This document shows positions 1-12,841 of a DNA stretch of 64,000 nucleotides, piece after piece (position 1 is the first letter of the stretch; every line of letters begins with the position of its first letter). The notes under the pieces are model-generated. The model ran no database searches, was not told where the DNA came from, and worked only from the letters and a program-made list of their open reading frames with translations. The DNA comes from Octopus sinensis (lineage: Eukaryota), in assembly GCF_006345805.1 (NCBI RefSeq), contig NC_043003.1, positions 36,022,001 to 36,086,000 on the forward strand. The letters run 5' to 3'. Made by a program: the position numbers and the translations under genes.

Positions 1-660
1 ACGATTAGAGACTATATTATACATGTACTATAGGTTTGGCTCTGAAATGTTTATAGATGCAATACCTGATACTGAATTATCGAGCATATCTAAGAGATTC
101 CTCCGAGAATCGAACCTGAATATTTAAGTCATCGGAAAACAGTTGCATGTATCAAATTGTTCATATGTAAGTCCTACTCTTCCGTTAAAGTCAGTAGCGA
201 AAATGGTTGCACAATATGAGCAACAAACCTGCTTGTCAACAGCAAAATTGAAGATAGTTCTAAGAAGAAGCGTGTGATAAACTTGCGGAAACTTTCAAAG
301 TGAAACAACTTGGTGTTCTTAGTCAATGATACTATGAGCGTTGCAACGGCTAAGCTGGAAGCAAATTTTAATTTTGTTAACCGACATTTACTTGAATAAC
401 ACAAGACTACAGTTTATTGTAAATGTAAACATCATACGGTGCGATGTTAAGACTCATAATCGACTCAGTTTGCACAAGAGAATATAACTCAATGCACCGA
501 ACAGAATAAATTTACACTTCCTCTTTCCATTTCGATTAGTTTTATACACGAACTGTTTTATGCATATGAAAACGTAGGCATATTATATGTACATTTATCT
601 TATACATATACATATATACACATTACATATACATATACATATATATACATATATATACAT

Positions 661-1010
661 TCAATAAATTGAGTATAAACTGTATACTTCGAATGACCAA
701 TTTTAAATACTATTGGATTTTACTCATAAGGTATTAGAATCTTATATGTATACCATCTGCCTAAAAAAAATGGATCTACAAATGCAATATCCCTACATAT
801 CTCACATCTATTTTCTTTTATTTCCTCCACCTCACTCTCTATTTTATATCTTATCTAAATTAACTATTTCTTAACCATCCTATCACACAGTCTCCGATGA
901 AGGGATATAATAAATATCCTTGAAACAGCTGTAAGACCTTCTGTCTATAAATGTTCTAAAATCTACACAGCCTTGGGTTTTTTTTATCTCATTACGAAAT
1001 TAAAATTTTT
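661..1010 (+). mobile_element. Non-autonomous Penelope-like (pLTR-type) repeat, family A, carrying a hammerhead ribozyme
   Basis: Aligns by eye to the reverse complement of 17460-17750 and to 7810-7950 and 17755-17950; flanked by TA-rich microsatellite; contains the HHR at 890-937. Confidence 0.7.
890..937 (+). ncRNA. Minimal type-I hammerhead ribozyme motif (family A, core variant CCGAUGA)
   Basis: GTCT-CCGATGA-AGGGATA(TAATAAA)TATCCTT-GAAA-CAGCTG-TA-AGAC: stem I GTCT/AGAC, paired stem II, palindromic stem III, GUA cleavage triplet; the core has a U-to-C change. Confidence 0.7.
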
Positions 1011-1831
1011 TATATACATTTATAAATATATACGTATTTCCATATACACACACACCACACAAACCCCCACACATATATTATGTTATATTATATTCATTTA
1101 TTTATAAATTTTAAGCAGGAAAATACATATGAATTAATCGAATGTAATTATCGATTAACATATATATCCACAGTCTTTCTCAACATGTTGAAAACATAAT
1201 CTAAAAGCAGAAGTTTAATTTCTACAGGAATCTAAGAGAAAAGAAATACAAATACTGAAATACCATTCATTTATACTTGGCGAAAGCGATATGCTTGAAT
1301 TCGAAATTAAACTTCTACAAGAGATAGAAGGAAATAAAGAAAAGGAAATAAAATTTAAAACAAAGGCAGAACGATGACGTAACGTATGCGGACGTAAGGA
1401 AAGTGCGCTTTTCATACACTACTAAAGGGGGAGTAAGCAAAAGATAAACTCGGTGTGAACTGAAATCGGTGAGGAGGAACAATAACAAAGAGGTATTCTC
1501 TCTGACCATCAACAACTTAAGGAGCTGCAGCCTTAATGCACGCTCACCTGCTCACGCACACACATACACACACATATACACACACATACACAGACACACA
1601 TGACATGCATATGTTATAAATATATGTATAGGCGCAAGAGTGGCTTTCTGTTTTCTAAGGCGTGTAAAAGAACTCGGAAATTTGGGCCTCTAACCAGGTC
1701 TTTCTAGATACCCTTAAAGCCAGGAACTTTGCAGCACCCTTCGTATATAAATATGTAAGTATACATTCCCCTATCTCTCTCACACACACCTTCTCTTTCT
1801 CTTTCTTTTTCTTCCTCTCTCTCTCCCTCTA

Positions 1832-1875
<44 letters not shown>

Positions 1876-3459
1876 TTAAACATTACTTTATATAATTAGG
1901 GTTCAGGAAAAAAAATTACTTTACCACACACCGAACTTTTAGAATAGCAGCCAAATAATTTAGCTATTTCCCCTACTATAAGAAGAGTCTCCCAGACAAT
2001 TAATTAATTTTACCCTTATTATTATTGACTATAATGCATGTATGTATATATATATTATATATATATATATAATATATATATATATTATATATATATATAT
2101 ATAATATATATAAGCATGTATATTTAAATATGTATATATAGACATACATGTTTATATACCTGCGTGCATGCTTGTAGGTCTTAATGTGTGTGTGTGTATA
2201 TCTGTGTTGATGTGTGTATTTGTTTTTGTATGTCTCTGAGAGTATGTGTTGTGCAACGGAAACTTATCAAAGATTAAAGAACATCGCAATAAAAGAAGGG
2301 AAAAGAAGCAGTTAAATATTAAGCGGAGGAAGTGTTAGAATAAACGAAGTCAGACAGATAGACAGATATACATAACGAAGGTATGTGTGAACAATAAAGA
2401 TATTCATGTATGGTGAGATTGAGAATTGAAATGTAATATAGGAATGTCAATGAAGAAAAGGTAGAAATAAAGAAAGGGAGTTGGAAAGAAAGAATAAAGA
2501 AAGAACGACTGGTAGAAAAGGGGAGAAAGGTATGATAACATATCTAATTTGACTAGTATCAGGAATTTGGTTTTAAAATGAAGAGAAGGAAAAGAAAGAG
2601 AAAATATTTGGTAGCTGAATGAAATCGATGAAATAGAATAAGGGAAGGGATATCAGGTGGAGTGAATGAAAATAAGCATAAGAATATTTGAACAGATAGC
2701 TGAAAGAAACACAAAGCAGAAAAATGTGGATAAATAAGATACGGAGAATAAGCGAGAAAGAAGAAAAGAGAAGAAAGTAAAGAATAAAAGAAGAAACAGA
2801 AGATTAATGAACAATAAATAAATTGGCACGATAAAGCAATGAAAATGCCTATGGATACGCTTCCAACCAGTGCAGTGTCCCAATATGACTACAGTTCAGT
2901 GAGAGAAACGAGTAGAGAATAAAGGAATTTCTTCTAACACAAGCATAGGTCAGATACTGGTTAATAGTGTTAAATGGATCCTAGTACTTGTAGCATATTT
3001 TATTGGCCCCGGATCAGGGTGAAATCAAAGTTGACGTTGGTATGATTTAAACTGTGGGCATTGAGAGGGCAAATATCAAAAATTAATTTTTCTGGTTCGT
3101 TAATGATTCTGCCAATCCACCCTTCATTTAAGTAATAAAAAAAACATGACCGCTTTTAATTGTAGGGTCATGGACAGTAATTTTGTTGCAGATGATCGGG
3201 GATGGAGGTAACTGCCCGATTACACCGATCCCAGCACTTGATTAGGACTTTATTCTATCTATCCCGGAATGAGGAAATGCAAAGTTGACCTCGACAGGAA
3301 CGATCCTGCTGATCCACTGCCCTGAAACAAGGAAGAAATAATAATAAAAAAATATCACAAAAAGAAGGAGCGATGGAAAGAGAGTCAGACAAACAGACAA
3401 GGTTACAGAGTAAGAGAAATAGGAATTAACAAGGAAGAATTCATGAATTGATATGAAAA

Positions 3460-3950
3460 TAAATATCAATCGTTTGTTGCATGTGATATCCGTTACATAT
3501 ATCATTATATTTAATAACAATTTAGGTTTTTGAACAAATACGAGAAGTAATGATTTCACAGTGAACTTATATACTGATAAGACAGTGTCTTCTTATAGAA
3601 GACATGTAAATTTCGCATTTTTTGTACAGCCGTGTTATTCGTACGGGGCGGTAGTAAGTAAATGTATTAGGGACTTTGGTAGTCTCTTTTTTATATTTTA
3701 TGTATTGCAAGTCATTTTCTCCTTCTTAGGTCTTGCTTCAGCAATTAAAGGTTTTGAAGTACGAATATAATGTCGTACGTTTTTGTATATGTTAGGTTTT
3801 GTGTTGTATGTAAGATTAATTGACGTATTTGAATTGTTTTCCGTCGTCTGTATTTCTAGAATTTCTATTACTTTGACAAGTTGTATCACCTTATCAATCA
3901 AAATTGACGGGTAACTCCAGTAGCCAAAAAGTGTGGTCGTCCTACCTGAG
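3460..3950 (-). pseudogene. Decayed Penelope-like element fragment (RT thumb/linker leading to GIY-YIG start)
   Basis: Minus-strand translation gives YPSILIDKVIQ...LTYNTKPNIYKNV, then KKRLPKSLIHLLTTAPY, then IYVTDITC. This resembles the PLE linker (YP..LID..I; KRQPK.LK.LLT.A.F; N.IY.ITC); frames are broken. Confidence 0.5.
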
Positions 3951-3989
3951 GAACTGCAATAATCTGAAAAAAAATACACATCTTATATA

Positions 3990-4530
3990 TTGAAATCAGA
4001 ACACATCTTCTCTGTCAAGAGTCACACCACGTGAAAATTACCTACACAAACAGATTCGCTGTTCATAGCCAACAAATACGAGATGCCAATGTAGACGGAT
4101 TTCTACATTGTATGTCCAAGAAAGAAGTTACCCAAATTCCTAATTTCTCCACATTAGTTTTGCTCTGAAAAAAATGACATCAAAGCAGGAAAAAATAAAG
4201 AAAACAAACTTATAAAAAATATAAACCACGAGTGAATAATCTATGACAAAATGACGAACAGATATGCATCAGGTTTCTGCCCAGAATTTTTAAACAGGGC
4301 TTGTTGTCCGCACACGAAAAATCTTCGAAAACCAAATAACAGATACTCCAAATTGAATCAAACGACAGGCTTTTTGCCTTCTTTTTACAAAACATCAAAC
4401 TGACTGATAGAAATCGGTAAAATATTAACAATGAAAATTCCACAAACGAATTTAATGACGTCACGGGTTAACTAACCAATCAGGATGGTTCATCCCGGAT
4501 ATAAGACTGCTCGAGGGCTACCAGAACAGA
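3990..4530 (+). pseudogene. Decayed PLE GIY-YIG C-terminus plus 3' pLTR-like region
   Basis: NRFAVHSQQIRDAN...KLPKFLISP...RKNKENKLIKKYKPRVN (with frameshifts) matches the GIY-YIG tail pattern R..H..QIR...KE..FI..YKP.LN. Confidence 0.6.
4456..4505 (+). promoter_or_regulatory. Compact CRE-CCAAT-TATA promoter-like module in the PLE 3' region
   Basis: TGACGTCA at 4456-4463, CCAATCAG at 4476-4483, TATAAG at 4500-4505. Confidence 0.4.
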
Positions 4531-5014
4531 AAATCGAAATGAAATCAAAGTATAAAATAAGGTGCATTTTGCTCTTCAACTTTATCTCGATAGCAAGCAA
4601 CGTAAAAATTGAAGTACTGCCTAGTATTATTCTTTCTTAAATCCCCACAACATAGCTCCAGGTGTCTTCATCTCACATTAGTTGAGCACTGGTGTTGGTG
4701 TTATCAACTAGCTCCTCTCGTCAAATTGTGACATCGTGAATAAACTTTGAAGAATTAAAATGCATTTTCAATTATCTTTTTATACTTGTATGCATTTGGA
4801 AAACAATAGCATTGGTTTGTACACAAACACACACACATGCACACACAAACATATATATATATATTTAACACACACACACGCGCGTATATATATATATATA
4901 ATTTACAAATAATGTTTTGTAAATTATTTATAAATTTAACCTTTAAAGGTATTTTTTGATATGCTGGCCATTGATAAAAAATTTTTCCCGAAAAATTTTT
5001 ATCCAACATTAGTA

Positions 5015-5048
<34 letters not shown>

Positions 5049-5073
5049 ATGTATGTATGTATATGTATGTATG

Positions 5074-5107
<34 letters not shown>

Positions 5108-5110
5108 TAT

Positions 5111-5164
<54 letters not shown>

Positions 5165-5367
5165 GATATATTCCTAGGAGTATGTCGATAAAGCACGTTC
5201 ACTGTATATAGCTTCCTGGCGTCATCCAATGTAATTACACAGTTGTAGCTGGATCTAACTCAGGAATTCCTCCCTTCATGTTAAGAATACAACAAAAAGA
5301 ATAGAGACGGAAAATAGAAGACAATAAAGTTCCGAGTATTCCATTTTCCGTCTTTGTCATTTGTTCT

Positions 5368-5415
<48 letters not shown>

Positions 5416-5612
5416 TAGATGTGTGTGTGTCTGTGATATTTTGGACTAATAAGTATATGTCAATTAGAGTACTGAGCAAAGCACGTTCACTGTCTATGGC
5501 TACCTGGTGTTATCCACAGTTGGGTGATATTTCTGCTGGATCTACTTCAGGAATTCTGCAGTATTAGTTGAGATAATGATAACTGATAGAGGAAACGGAA
5601 GATTTGGCCCCA

Positions 5613-5836
5613 GTCTTTATTCTGTACAAAGATCGTTTCGACTCATCCTACAACTGTCCGATATGGGTAGAATTTTGATATATCTCATTATATATATTGG
5701 AAAATCGCCTTCTTTATGCATGTACATGATGCGACACAAACTGCACAGATTCATGCAACACTATTAGATGCAGTAAACCCTACCCACAAAGGACAGTTGC
5801 AGGATGATAAAAACGATCATCGTACCCAATAAAGAC
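5613..5836. repeat. Imperfect inverted repeat (~58-bp arms) with HHR-like remnant
   Basis: Arms 5613-5670 and 5780-5836; each reads outward as ...GGATGA(n)3-RAAACGATC...AATAAAGAC. Confidence 0.7.
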
Positions 5837-6110
5837 AAGTGCCAAATCTGTCTTTGCTCCTTCATCAGTTATATATATATATATACACACCACGCGCGTA
5901 CGTACGGATACACACACAATACACACACACACATATATATATGTATGTTATATAATATATATATATTATATATAGATATATATATATATAATATATGTAT
6001 ATGTATCTATGTAAGTATATTTATATGTATATGCATGTATGTAAGTATACAAACGTACATAGATCATATAGATACATATACATATATAAATATATATCTA
6101 TATTGTATGT

Positions 6111-6167
<57 letters not shown>

Positions 6168-7669
6168 TATGTTTCTATCTATATACATATGTATACACAT
6201 ATCTATATAAATTTATATATATAGCGTCGGGTCGACCAAAGCCTTGAATCCCTATTGAATTCAAATACCAATCAATTTTTAGTCAGCGTTCGTTTTTAAA
6301 TCTTGTTGTTGTTGTTGTTGTTCCGAGCTCCATTTTGGCTTTCATTATTTCGGGTTCGATAAAATAAGTACTAGCTGAGTACTGCACTTGGTGTCAGCGA
6401 CTAACCCACTTCTGGCATATTTCAGGCTTTGAGTCTATAGTAGAAAGGATTATTTTTTATTATTAATATTATAACTATACCATAAAGTCTCTTTGAGAGC
6501 CAATGCTGAGTTTAAATCTAACATTATAATGATATTCAAATAGGATATGTCTAATGATCTACGAAGTATTGTCTTTAAAGGCCAGAAAGATAATTGTCAT
6601 AAAAAAACTATCGGTAATAATTTAGTAAAACTTTACACTCCTACCTGTATTTCTTTGAAAGAATTATACATTTTCTACAATGAATGGGTTGTCATGCATT
6701 TACTTCTATTTACTGCAGCAAACACTATTCTGTAATTTTAAAACTTGCAAGCTACTAGCTTATACACAGTACAGCAACTGCGAAGTCGAAATAGTTTAAT
6801 GATATTTACTGTGAAATGAAAAACAGCTAAGAAATGCGTAAATAACAATAATATGTGTGATTTGATAAATTACTAATATGACTCTATCAAAAGACAGCAA
6901 TATCTGTTTTTACACACGATTTCAAATGAAATCTCTAGGCAAAATATCAATTCCTTTGTGTGATGACTAAGAAAAACTGTGCAGGCTTGCAACAACATGT
7001 TGAGAGAAAAACAGATGATTGAAGAGAGTAATATCACAGGGGAAATATGTTCCGCAATTCCAGTAAGTTATAATCATTTTTGAGTAGAAATTTAATTATT
7101 AAGTAGTTTAATGTTTTATTGGAAAAGTCAAAGTGAACTCTGTCAAATATTGATTTCTAGCATAGGCAGAACGCATCGTATAAAGAAATGGGTATAGTCC
7201 ATTATATTAACCCTGGTATTTAATTTGTATTTCATTTCATCAAACCTGGAACGATGAAAGGGAAATTCCACCTCAGCGGGATTTCAATTCAGAACACTTT
7301 TAAATATTTGTTAAACGCATGCTTAGGGCAACGCTTTGTAAAGGTAGGATATATAGGCACGTATTAAGAAGAAATATGTTGTGAATAAAGCATATGCGAT
7401 CAAATGTAAACAGAGAAGAAATCAGTTTCAACCCATGGTAATTCTCTGGTCTTTTATGTATTTGGAACTCTGCCTGTACCATAGTAAACGTGCCGAAATG
7501 AACTGTTTTACATCAACTACAATCGTGAAACGCTATGTAAAAGCATTATATTTATAGGTCTGCTCGTCTGGCCAGTGGTGTGGCGTTGTATGAAAACTAC
7601 AAGAACGCGAGAAAGCGCATTATTACTGTCGTATACATAGCAACATTCGAAAGTCTGGTCGATAAAGTC

Positions 7670-7705
<36 letters not shown>

Positions 7706-7712
7706 GACTTAT

Positions 7713-7768
<56 letters not shown>

Positions 7769-7865
7769 GTGTGTGTGTGTGTGTTGTTGTGTGTAGATAG
7801 ATAGATTGACAGAATGAAATAAAAAATCCATGGTGTGTTAGTTTCAGAACATTTTTAAAGAGAAT

Positions 7866-7913
7866 GTCTTACAGCTGTTTCAAAGATATTTTTTATATCC
7901 TTTCATCAGAGAC
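7866..7913 (-). ncRNA. Minimal type-I hammerhead ribozyme (family A, canonical core)
   Basis: Reverse complement reads GTCT-CTGATGA-AAGGATAT(AAAAA)ATATCTTT-GAAA-CAGCTG-TA-AGAC. Confidence 0.85.
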
Positions 7914-8674
7914 GGTGCGAGAAAATATATGAACAAGATTTTTCTCAGTCTCATCATTCAGAAGACGTTATGGTAATAATGAAGTTTTCCACGTATTATG
8001 CAGTAGGTCATACAAAAAAACCCAGTTATAACTTAAAACACAGCAAACGACATGTGCAATAAGCTATGCAACGGCTAGATTTTGGAAGATATGATTATTT
8101 TCTATGCGATTTAATTGTCTAGTTTGATTTGTATTTTATGATTATTAGAGTTTCCATAATCATTATTCTTTTGTGTCCGTGTGTGTAATCTTATACAAAA
8201 TTTTAATTCACACCATTCAAAAAAAAAAAGAAAATTAAGAACTTTATTTTGCATAAAAAACAGAAAAGTTTACTTTAAGAATTAAACATACGGAATCTTA
8301 AAATATACCTGAGAGGAAATTCTCTCCTCAATAGGAATCGAAATGGACAGATAGAACGAAAAGGTGACAAAAACGAACGGTGAAAAAAATCCTCTGATGA
8401 ACATAGAGAAGGATGCAGAAGACCAAGAGAATCGTCACTGACAAGTAAGCGGCCAAACGAAAAAAAGGGGTTTGCACAGAAACAGGAGAATGGTCACAGA
8501 TCACATGGTAGTAGAATGACTGAGAAAAAGAGATGGAGGGCAGAAAGACAGAATGCAGCAGAGAGGTAAGTTGTTGAAAGAGGGAAATAATAAGTTTCAA
8601 AAATTAAGCGTTAAGACGACAAGGGTACCAACGGAAAATTCAGACACAAGATCGGTTCCTGCTTCCTTCTCTAC

Positions 8675-9147
8675 TTTCAATGGTTTCCCTTCATTGTAGA
8701 ATTAATAGTCTAGACTATTTAAGCATTTTCTCTGATCGAATTCATCCTATGGTTGCGGAACTGTTTCCGGGGGAAAACGCAATCTTTCAAGATGATAATG
8801 CATGGATTCACACAGCTAAAGTTGTTACTGAATGGCACGAGGAACATTCTAGGAAAGTTGAACATCTTATTTGGCCACTACAGTCCCCAGATTTCAATGA
8901 TATTGAACATTTAGAAAAACAAGTAAAGAGTCGATACCCTCCAGCATCATCACTACAGGAACTAGAGACTGTTTTAGCTGAAAAATAGGCAAAAATTCCT
9001 TTAGAAGCAATTCAAACGATTCAAATTTGTACGAATCCATACCTCGTAGAACTCAATTTGTAATTACTGACAAAGACGGTCGTACCCCATATTAAAATAA
9101 ATTTGTTTGAAATTTTGAGGTGTTTCCATTATTTTGTCCAACGCCTG
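8675..9147 (+). mobile_element. Tc1-family transposon 3' fragment
   Basis: FQDDNAWIHTAKVVTEW...WPLQSPDFNDIEHL (DD34E region); ends in TIR GGTGTTTCCATTATTTTGTCCAACGCCTG, shared with 16255-17371. Confidence 0.9.
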
Positions 9148-9178
9148 CATGCATGCGCATATATATATATATGTGTGT

Positions 9179-9478
9179 GTGGAGGCGCAATGGCAGCGGA
9201 CTCGCGGTCATAGAATTACGGTTTCGATTCCTAGACTAGGCTTTGTGAGTATTTATTGAGCGAAAACACCTAAAGTTGCACGAGGCTTCGGCAGGGGGTG
9301 GTGGCAATCCCTGCTGTACTCTTTCGCCGCAACTTTCTCTCACTCTTTCTTCTGTTGGCCTGCTCGCTTAGCCAATGGGGTGGCGTCATTTAAAGGCTAA
9401 AACAACGAGAAACGCAATGTGACCAGCGATGTGTAGCAACATCTGATAGCCTGGTCGGTCACGGTGATCACGGTGATA
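9179..9478 (+). mobile_element. tRNA-derived SINE
   Basis: tRNA-like head with B-box GGTTTCGATTCC; head and core shared with 12000-12313; ends in (CACGGTGAT)x2. Confidence 0.8.
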
Positions 9479-9486
9479 TATGTATG

Positions 9487-9673
9487 TATTAGAAGAGGTA
9501 CTCAGAAATCTGGATGGTTTTTATATTTACAGATATTTATTAGTATGTTACATGTTTTTATAAATCATATATCATATATAAAGCGCTTTCGTCCACTCTA
9601 GTGGAGTCTTCAAATTGAACTAGCTAAAAATATAAAACCATCCAGATTACTGAGTACCTCATTTCTTCTAATA
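9487..9673. mobile_element. MITE-like inverted repeat enclosing a degenerate minus-strand HHR
   Basis: Arms ~9487-9527 and ~9627-9673. Reverse complement of 9581-9613 reads TTGAAGA-CTCCAC(TAGA)GTGGAC-GAAA-GCGC-TT. Confidence 0.65.
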
Positions 9674-9741
9674 TATAATACCTGTACATCATCTCCAAAC
9701 CTTCCAATATATATATATATATATGCATGTATGTGTGTATG

Positions 9742-9795
<54 letters not shown>

Positions 9796-10886
9796 CATAA
9801 GATGCAGATGTATGTAAGTGTATACATATACATGGGTGTGTGTGTCTGTGTCTGTGTGTCTGTGTGTAAATGCACACGCTGTTACAGAAAACAGTCAAAC
9901 CCACACATAGATAATACGAGCGCTTCTCCACTCACGCGCACATACACGCGTATTCATACAGATGCACGTGCGCACTTCAACACGATTTCATTCATCCATA
10001 CATTTCCTACGCACGACAATGTCACTATGAACCCTATTGAGATACCAACGCCATCTTTTCTAATTTTCATTTGGAGAAACACTGTTTATTGCTGTACCGC
10101 TATAATCATAGTGTCTCCTTTTTACGTGAATTCGCAGCCAAATCAGTCTCCGCGTTTTTCTAATACAACCCTGTGGGTTTTTAGGGAGATGAGGCTGATT
10201 CCATTCTTTTAAACACGTCAACATATACATTTTTTCTTAAGTATGATTAGGTCCGGTTTCTTTTGATCTCTACCATTTCCTCATTGCCTCTCCGCATTTA
10301 GAGACATTATATCCAATAAGATCTCTATAACACAATGTATATCGGTGTATGGAGAACTCAAAGAAATCTTGTCATGTACATAAGCGCACATTCGAATGCA
10401 CGCCCGTATCAATCTATGTGAATGTAGGATGAGGTGTGCTTGTGTGTGGTTGTGCGTGTTTGTGTCCGTGTGTGCGTGTGTGTCTGTGTGTGTGTGTGCG
10501 CGCTCGTGCTTGTGAAAATACAGTTAGACGCATAGATACAAAAGCAAATACTCTGGCATACGTTGACATATACAAGCTTTACTATGTACATACGAACATA
10601 CAGACACAGAAATATTCACATACACATATACATATGTATACGTGCATACAAATATATGTATATATATACGTACATACAAATATACACATGTATACATGTA
10701 TATAGATGTATATATATATATGTATACATATATATACTCATATATATATGTATGCATGTATGCATATATAGGCATGTAAGTAAATATATATATACTTATA
10801 TATATTTATATATATATACATATATACATATACATATGCATAAATGTATATACATATATATACATATATACATAATACATACCTTA

Positions 10887-10923
<37 letters not shown>

Positions 10924-10962
10924 CATACACAAACTCACACACACACACACATACACACACAT

Positions 10963-10995
<33 letters not shown>

Positions 10996-11008
10996 CATAC
11001 ATATATAC

Positions 11009-11376
11009 GCGCAGGAGCTTGCGTACCAACCACATGGTTCCGGGTTCAGTCCCACTGCGTGACACCTTGGGCAAGCTGCTCCTCTGGCCTCGGGCCGACC
11101 AAAGCAGTGGATCTGGTAGACGGAAACGGAAAGAAGCCCGTCGTATATGTATGTGTGTATGTGTGTGTTTATATGTTTGTGTTTGTCTCCACAACTTCAC
11201 TTGACGACCGCTGCTAATGTATTTACGTCCACGTAACTTAGCGACTCGGTAAAAGAAACCGATAAAATAAGTACTTGACTTACAAAGAATAAGTCCTGGG
11301 GGCGATTTGTTTGACTAAAGGCTGTGCTCCAGCTTGGTCGCAGTCAATGACCGAAATAAATAAGAGAATAAAAGAA
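11009..11376 (+). mobile_element. tRNA/CORE-like SINE with internal microsatellite
   Basis: B-box CGGGTTCAGTCCC; CORE-like GACACCTTGGGCAAG; same family as 50613-51060 and 60928-61388. Confidence 0.85.
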
Positions 11377-11396
11377 TATATATATGCACATATATA

Positions 11397-11663
11397 TTAA
11401 TAATAATGGTAAGACAACAAAATAAAGAAGGAAACCTCGAAACTATGTAAATAAAGGAATTTATTTGTAATGTAATATGTGACAATTATTCGGTTGCCAT
11501 AATAAAACTCTGAGTTTCGCATGACGGGGCGGAAACTTGCACCGCATCCAGGCAATTGAATTATTTTAATTGCCTCAATAACTGAAGAGATGCCGATGCA
11601 GGTTTCCGCCCAGACGTCCGAAACACGGAGTTTTATAATGGCAACAGAATAATGGTCGCATAT
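11397..11663. mobile_element. Fold-back element with HHR-like motif (long stem II)
   Basis: Inverted arms 11475-11548 and 11589-11663. The plus strand reads ATAA-CTGAAGA-GATG...CGTCC-GAAA-CACGGAG-TT-TTAT; the other arm has GAAA-CTCAGAG-TT. Confidence 0.65.
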
Positions 11664-11808
11664 GTGTGTATATATATATATAGATACATACATATTAATA
11701 CATCATACATACATATATATATATATATATATCTATATATATATATATATATGTATGTAGTATGTATGTATATATAATATATATGTAGTATCTATATATA
11801 TATGTAAC

Positions 11809-11839
<31 letters not shown>

Positions 11840-11999
11840 CTATAATATATATATATATATATATATAATATATTATATAATCTATTATATATATATATAT
11901 ATATACATATTACATATGTTGGAGCACTACCGTGTTTGTATATTTATTTAGATGTATCTATCTAGCTATCTGGCTCAATTTCTCTTTTTCTCTCCTTTA

Positions 12000-12313
12000 C
12001 TTTTATTTATTTGTACGCCCTTTTCAAGCCTAGCCAGGCTCATGGGCCCTGGTTTCTGTGGCGTATGTGTTCCCTCCACCTTGGACGGGACGCCATTCCA
12101 TCGCAGCGTTACACAAGAAGCAGGAAGAAAGAGGAGTGAGAGAAAGTTGGGGTGAAAATGTACAACAGGGGTCGCCACCACCCCCTACCGGAGCCTCGTG
12201 GAACTTTTAGTTGTTTTCGCTCAATAAATACACAATACCCGGACAGGTAATCGAAGCCACGAACCTTCCAACGCGAGTCCGTTGCCCAAACCACTGGACC
12301 TTTGCGCGTCCAC
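12000..12313 (-). mobile_element. tRNA-derived SINE with V-domain-like 3' part
   Basis: Head and core match 9179-9350; then GCTGCGATGGAATGGCGTCCCGTCCAAGG, resembling the V-SINE domain as recalled; (AAAT)n tail. Confidence 0.75.
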
Positions 12314-12544
12314 TTTTCTCTCGTTAGGCATATAATATACTTGTATATAAGCACTCATTCACACACACGCTCGCACACACACACACTCACTCACACACAC
12401 ACATATATATATACAGATATATATACATATATACTTATATGTACATATATACTTATATGTACATATATTATATATATGTATATATATATATTATACATAT
12501 ATGTGTGTGTGTGTGTGTTGTGTACATATATATACACATATACA

Positions 12545-12728
12545 TATACGAAAGGGTTCTACGAAAAGATACAAAAATTTGCTCGGGAGAGTATTCAAGT
12601 GTAATATAAACTTCGCAAATATTTCCTTCGGGTAAAACCACCAATTGAAGAGAATATGACCCCCCAAAAAAAAACTGCGTGCACTCCATCCTATGCAGCT
12701 GTGGTAGGTTATACCAAGGCGAAACGGG
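12545..12728 (+). pseudogene. Penelope/Poseidon-type GIY-YIG endonuclease fragment
   Basis: YTKGFYEKIQKF...LRKYFLRVKPPIEENM...NCVHSILCSCGRLYQGETG (frameshifted); matches PYVKGLSEKI...VY.IPCSCG..YIGETG. Confidence 0.8.
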
Positions 12729-12800
12729 CATTTGGCGTAGCGGTTAAGAGCGCGGTCTACTAACCCCAAGAATCTGAGTTCCATTCCAGGCAGTGACCTA

Positions 12801-12841
<41 letters not shown>

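Noticed and set aside
6997-7068. Possible exon ending at CA|GTAAGT (similarly 29487-29555)
   Set aside because: Donor-like sequence with only a weak acceptor; expected by chance in 64 kb.
11700-11915. Irregular phase shifts inside (TA)n tracts as a coded pattern
   Set aside because: Single-base indels in microsatellites are typical of slippage or long-read consensus error.
12728-12800. tRNA gene
   Set aside because: A- and B-box-like motifs are present, but there is no complete acceptor stem or poly-T terminator; it is better read as a SINE head.
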